Below, piece by piece: positions 61,188 to 64,000 of a stretch of 64,000 nt of DNA. Position 1 is the stretch's first letter. Every line of letters begins with the position of its first letter. The DNA lies in NCBI GenBank assembly GCA_963666535.1, contig OY762913.1:1557499-1621498 (forward strand), written 5' to 3'. Made by a program: the position numbers and the translations under genes. The notes under the pieces are model-generated. The model saw nothing but the letters and a program-made list of their open reading frames with translations. It had not been told where the DNA came from and did no database searches. This DNA is from Oscillospiraceae bacterium. Its GTDB lineage: Bacteria > Bacillota > Clostridia > Oscillospirales > Oscillospiraceae.

Positions 61188-63471
61188 ACTGGCGGCGTTC
61201 GCGCTTTCTTTGTCTGCCGCTGTCTTCGGCGCGCAATACCTGCTTCCCGTTTCTCTGTTGCTGCCGTTCGGGGGTCTTTGTGCTCTTTTGGCGGTGCTGT
61301 TTGCGGCAGCCCTGCGGGGAGAGAAGCGACTGCGGTTTGTTCTGATTGCCCTGGGGGCGGCGGTGGGATTGGTCTGGTGCCACTGCTATACACAGGTTTT
61401 TTACGCTCCGGCGCAGGCACTGGACAGACAGACATTGCCGCTGACAGCGACTGTGGCCGACTATCCCCAGGAAACCGCCTATGGCGTGTCGGTGCTGGTG
61501 CGGGTGGAAACAGACAGCGGGGTGAAGGTGTCTGCGCTGCTCTACGCCGATGCGGCATACAGCGGGTTGGGACCGGGAGACAGGATTACCACAGTGGCAT
61601 CCTGCCGGTTATCCAACCTCTATCACGGGGAAGAAGTTACCTATTACACGGCCAAGGGCGTGTTCCTCGTGGCAACCGCCCAGGGGGATATGACGGTGGA
61701 GCATGCCGCAAATGTGCCGCTGCGCTATGTACCGGCTGTACTGGCGGGGGAACTAAAGGCCGGGGTGGCCCGGGTGTTTCCCGCAGATGTGACGGGGCTG
61801 ATCACAGCGCTGACCACCGGGGACAAGACCGGACTTTCCGATGCGTTTTCCGCCGCATTAAGCCGGGATGGATTGTCCCATGTGGTGGCGGTTTCCGGAA
61901 TGCACTTGTCCATTCTGGTGTCGGTGATTGTGACGCTGTTGGGGAAGAACCGCCGCCGCTCCGCCGTGGTAGGCGTTGTCGTTATGGTTTTGTTCATGGG
62001 GATTGCAGGAAATACGCCATCCGTCGTTCGGTCGTGTATTCTGCAGCTGTTTATCCTGGCCGCGCCGCTATTGAAGCGGGAGCGTGACAGCGTAACCGCC
62101 CTGTCCGCGGCACTTATGTTGTTGCTGGTCCAAAACCCCTTTGCGGCCATGAGCGTTGGCTTGCAGCTGTCATTTGCCTCGGTGGCGGGCATTCTCCTGC
62201 TTTCGGATCGCCTGGCTGAACCTATGCTGGTGCGCGCCGGGTTCAAGCGGGAAAAATCCAGACTGCTGCGGGTGAAAAACGGAGCGGTTCGCTTCGTGAT
62301 TGAGTCTGTTTCTGTCACGCTGGGGGCGCTTGTGTTCACCCTGCCGCTGTGTGTGTACTATTTCGGGGTGGTGTCCCTGATTGCTCCCCTGTCCAATCTG
62401 TTGACACTGTGGGCGGTCAGCCCGGCCTTTTCAGTTGGACTGCTTGCGGGGGCACTGGGGGCGGTCAGTCCGGTATTGGGGCAGGCGGCGGCGCTGCTTG
62501 CGCTGCCCTTTGCCCGTTATCTGATGTGGGTGATTCCACTGCTTGCAAAAGTACCCTTTTCGGCGATCACCATGGATTCGGTGTATTATCAGTTTTGGCT
62601 GCTGTTTGTTTACGCGGTGCTTTGTTTGGCACTGCTGTGGCGGAAGGGCGGGAAACGCCCGCTGATTCCCGTGTGCGCCTGCGCGGCGCTGCTGGCCGTG
62701 GCAATCCTGCTGACGAACCTTCGCTTTAGCGACAGGGACCTGACGGTATCTGTGCTGGATGTGGGGCAGGGGGAGAGCGTACTCCTCCGAGCGGGGGACT
62801 ATGTTGCCCTGATTGACTGCGGCGGCAGCGGCAAAAACGCCGGTGACGTTGCGGCGGATTACCTTCAAAATACGGGGCGGAGCACGCTTGATTTATTGGT
62901 GATGACACATTTCCACAGCGACCATGCCAACGGCGTGGAGGAGCTGCTGGAGCGCATAGAGGTCTCAGCCCTTGCTGTTCCGGCGGAATCGGATGCCGAG
63001 CTATACGATACCGTGCTGGATGCGGCTGAGAAAAAGGGCGTGGAGGTATGGACGGTCAGCAGTGATACCACCATCCCCATGGGGGAGACAGGGGAAATGG
63101 TCATTTTCCCGCCGTTGGGGAAGACGGACGAGAACGAGGAGGGACTCAGCGTTCTGTGTACCGTAGGAGACTTTGACGCGATCATTACCGGCGACATGGG
63201 CGCCGAGACCGAGATGCGGCTGATGGCGCATACCGCGCTGCCCGACGCGGAACTGCTGGTGGTGGGGCACCATGGCTCCCGGTATTCCACGTCAGTGGAA
63301 TTTTTGGATGCCATCCAACCGGAGCTGGCGATTATTTCTGTCGGATACAATACATATGGGCACCCGGCAGACAGCGTATTGGAACGACTGGATGAAGCGG
63401 GCGCTGCCATATACCGTACCGACAAGATGGGCACGGTTACGGTGAGCGCCAGCGCGTTTGATCAGGATTGA
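61180..63471 (+). CDS. comEC: DNA internalisation competence protein ComEC/Rec2
   Basis: 763 aa. Polytopic competence domain (LSHVVAVSGMHLSIL) plus a C-terminal metallo-beta-lactamase domain (MTHFHSDHANG). Confidence 0.9.
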   Translation: MRKLAAFALSLSAAVFGAQYLLPVSLLLPFGGLCALLAVLFAAALRGEKRLRFVLIALGAAVGLVWCHCYTQVFYAPAQALDRQTLPLTATVADYPQETAYGVSVLVRVETDSGVKVSALLYADAAYSGLGPGDRITTVASCRLSNLYHGEEVTYYTAKGVFLVATAQGDMTVEHAANVPLRYVPAVLAGELKAGVARVFPADVTGLITALTTGDKTGLSDAFSAALSRDGLSHVVAVSGMHLSILVSVIVTLLGKNRRRSAVVGVVVMVLFMGIAGNTPSVVRSCILQLFILAAPLLKRERDSVTALSAALMLLLVQNPFAAMSVGLQLSFASVAGILLLSDRLAEPMLVRAGFKREKSRLLRVKNGAVRFVIESVSVTLGALVFTLPLCVYYFGVVSLIAPLSNLLTLWAVSPAFSVGLLAGALGAVSPVLGQAAALLALPFARYLMWVIPLLAKVPFSAITMDSVYYQFWLLFVYAVLCLALLWRKGGKRPLIPVCACAALLAVAILLTNLRFSDRDLTVSVLDVGQGESVLLRAGDYVALIDCGGSGKNAGDVAADYLQNTGRSTLDLLVMTHFHSDHANGVEELLERIEVSALAVPAESDAELYDTVLDAAEKKGVEVWTVSSDTTIPMGETGEMVIFPPLGKTDENEEGLSVLCTVGDFDAIITGDMGAETEMRLMAHTALPDAELLVVGHHGSRYSTSVEFLDAIQPELAIISVGYNTYGHPADSVLERLDEAGAAIYRTDKMGTVTVSASAFDQD

Positions 63472-63486
63472 AAAAGGAGCGGCACT

Positions 63487-64000
63487 ATGGCACAGGCGAA
63501 AAAGACGGATCGATCTGCTCTGCAAAAGCTGAAAAAGGAGATCAAAGACGGCACGATTAGCCAGCTGTATCTCTTCCATGGGGAGGAGGTCTATTTGCGG
63601 GATTATTACCTGGGGCAAATGAAAAAGAAGCTGGTCAGCGGCAGCATGGAGCAATTCAATTTGCAGACCTTTTCCGGCAAGGAGTTTGACCCCCATAAGC
63701 TGGAACAGGCGGTGGACTGCCTGCCTATGATGAGCGAGCGCACCATGATCATCGTGACCGACTGTGACCCATGGAAGGCGGGGGAGAACGCCAGAGAGGA
63801 TTATGTGCGTATCTTATCCGACCTTCCCGCCTATTGCTGCGTGGCCTTTGTATATGATCTGATTGCCTATAAGGCGGACGCGCGGACAAAGCTTGCCGCG
63901 GTGTTCAAGGACAAGGGACTTGTAGTGGACTTTGTCCGGCAGGAGCAGGGGGACCTTATGGATTGGGTACACCGCCGCTTTCGGGCCATGGGGAAGGATA
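63487..64000 (+). CDS. holA: DNA polymerase III delta subunit (5' part, runs off the window)
   Basis: ATG at 63487 after AAAAGGAG. ...LYLFHGEEVYLRDYYLGQMKKKL... Follows comEC as in many Firmicutes. Absent from the ORF track because truncated. Confidence 0.75.
   Translation, partial: MAQAKKTDRSALQKLKKEIKDGTISQLYLFHGEEVYLRDYYLGQMKKKLVSGSMEQFNLQTFSGKEFDPHKLEQAVDCLPMMSERTMIIVTDCDPWKAGENAREDYVRILSDLPAYCCVAFVYDLIAYKADARTKLAAVFKDKGLVVDFVRQEQGDLMDWVHRRFRAMGKD

Overview
The window holds two parts. Positions 1 to about 31160 are the right-hand ~31 kb of an integrated temperate tailed-phage prophage whose tail and lysis side runs off the left edge. The remaining ~33 kb is Firmicutes/Clostridia-type chromosome.

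Prophage, read right to left on the minus strand:
- a Cro-like HTH facing a plus-strand CI-like repressor across a 173-bp switch region
- a long early/replication operon: MobC-like RHH, DUF3560-like, Zn-ribbon proteins, membrane-anchored SLT transglycosylase, an SNF2 helicase that looks split in two, an HNH endonuclease, many small Cys-rich ORFs, a Gp157-like protein, and a zf-CHC2/Toprim/Walker-A primase-helicase
- a 336-bp iteron-rich gap
- an unknown protein, then GNAT-like, HD and VRR-NUC proteins
- a sigma-region-4-like late regulator and a ParB-fused DNA methyltransferase
- a lambda-type packaging/head module: small terminase, GpA terminase, gpW, lambda-family portal, ClpP-type protease, decoration protein, gpE-type capsid and connector proteins

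On the plus strand after the repressor lie a lipoprotein moron and a large serine recombinase (29528-31159).

A visibly AT-richer accessory stretch follows:
- a GNAT gene
- an IS256-family element with an 8-bp target duplication, inserted in a small membrane-protein gene
- a HAD nucleotidase-like gene
- a BlaI/BlaR1-like pair with two perfect operators
- TrmO
- a DUF2325 gene with a palindrome-rich control region

The core genes after that are:
- folC and folT
- a DUF2229/DUF2229/activase cluster plus an HD protein
- a five-gene operon (TM1266-like ACT regulator, NitT/TauT-type ABC importer, HydE-like radical SAM enzyme) behind a terminator-containing leader
- an MCP, potABCD, an RluA-family synthase, yceD-rpmF, der-plsY-gpsA, an XRE HTH, comEC and the start of holA

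I recognised no rRNA, tRNA or CRISPR array. All family names come from motif reading and memory, not from searches. The candidates I consider most worth follow-up are:
- the TM1266-like/ABC/HydE-like operon and its unclassified leader
- the iteron field
- the split SNF2 helicase
- the thrice-repeated terminator-like element around the recombinase 3' end
- the DUF2229/activase cluster
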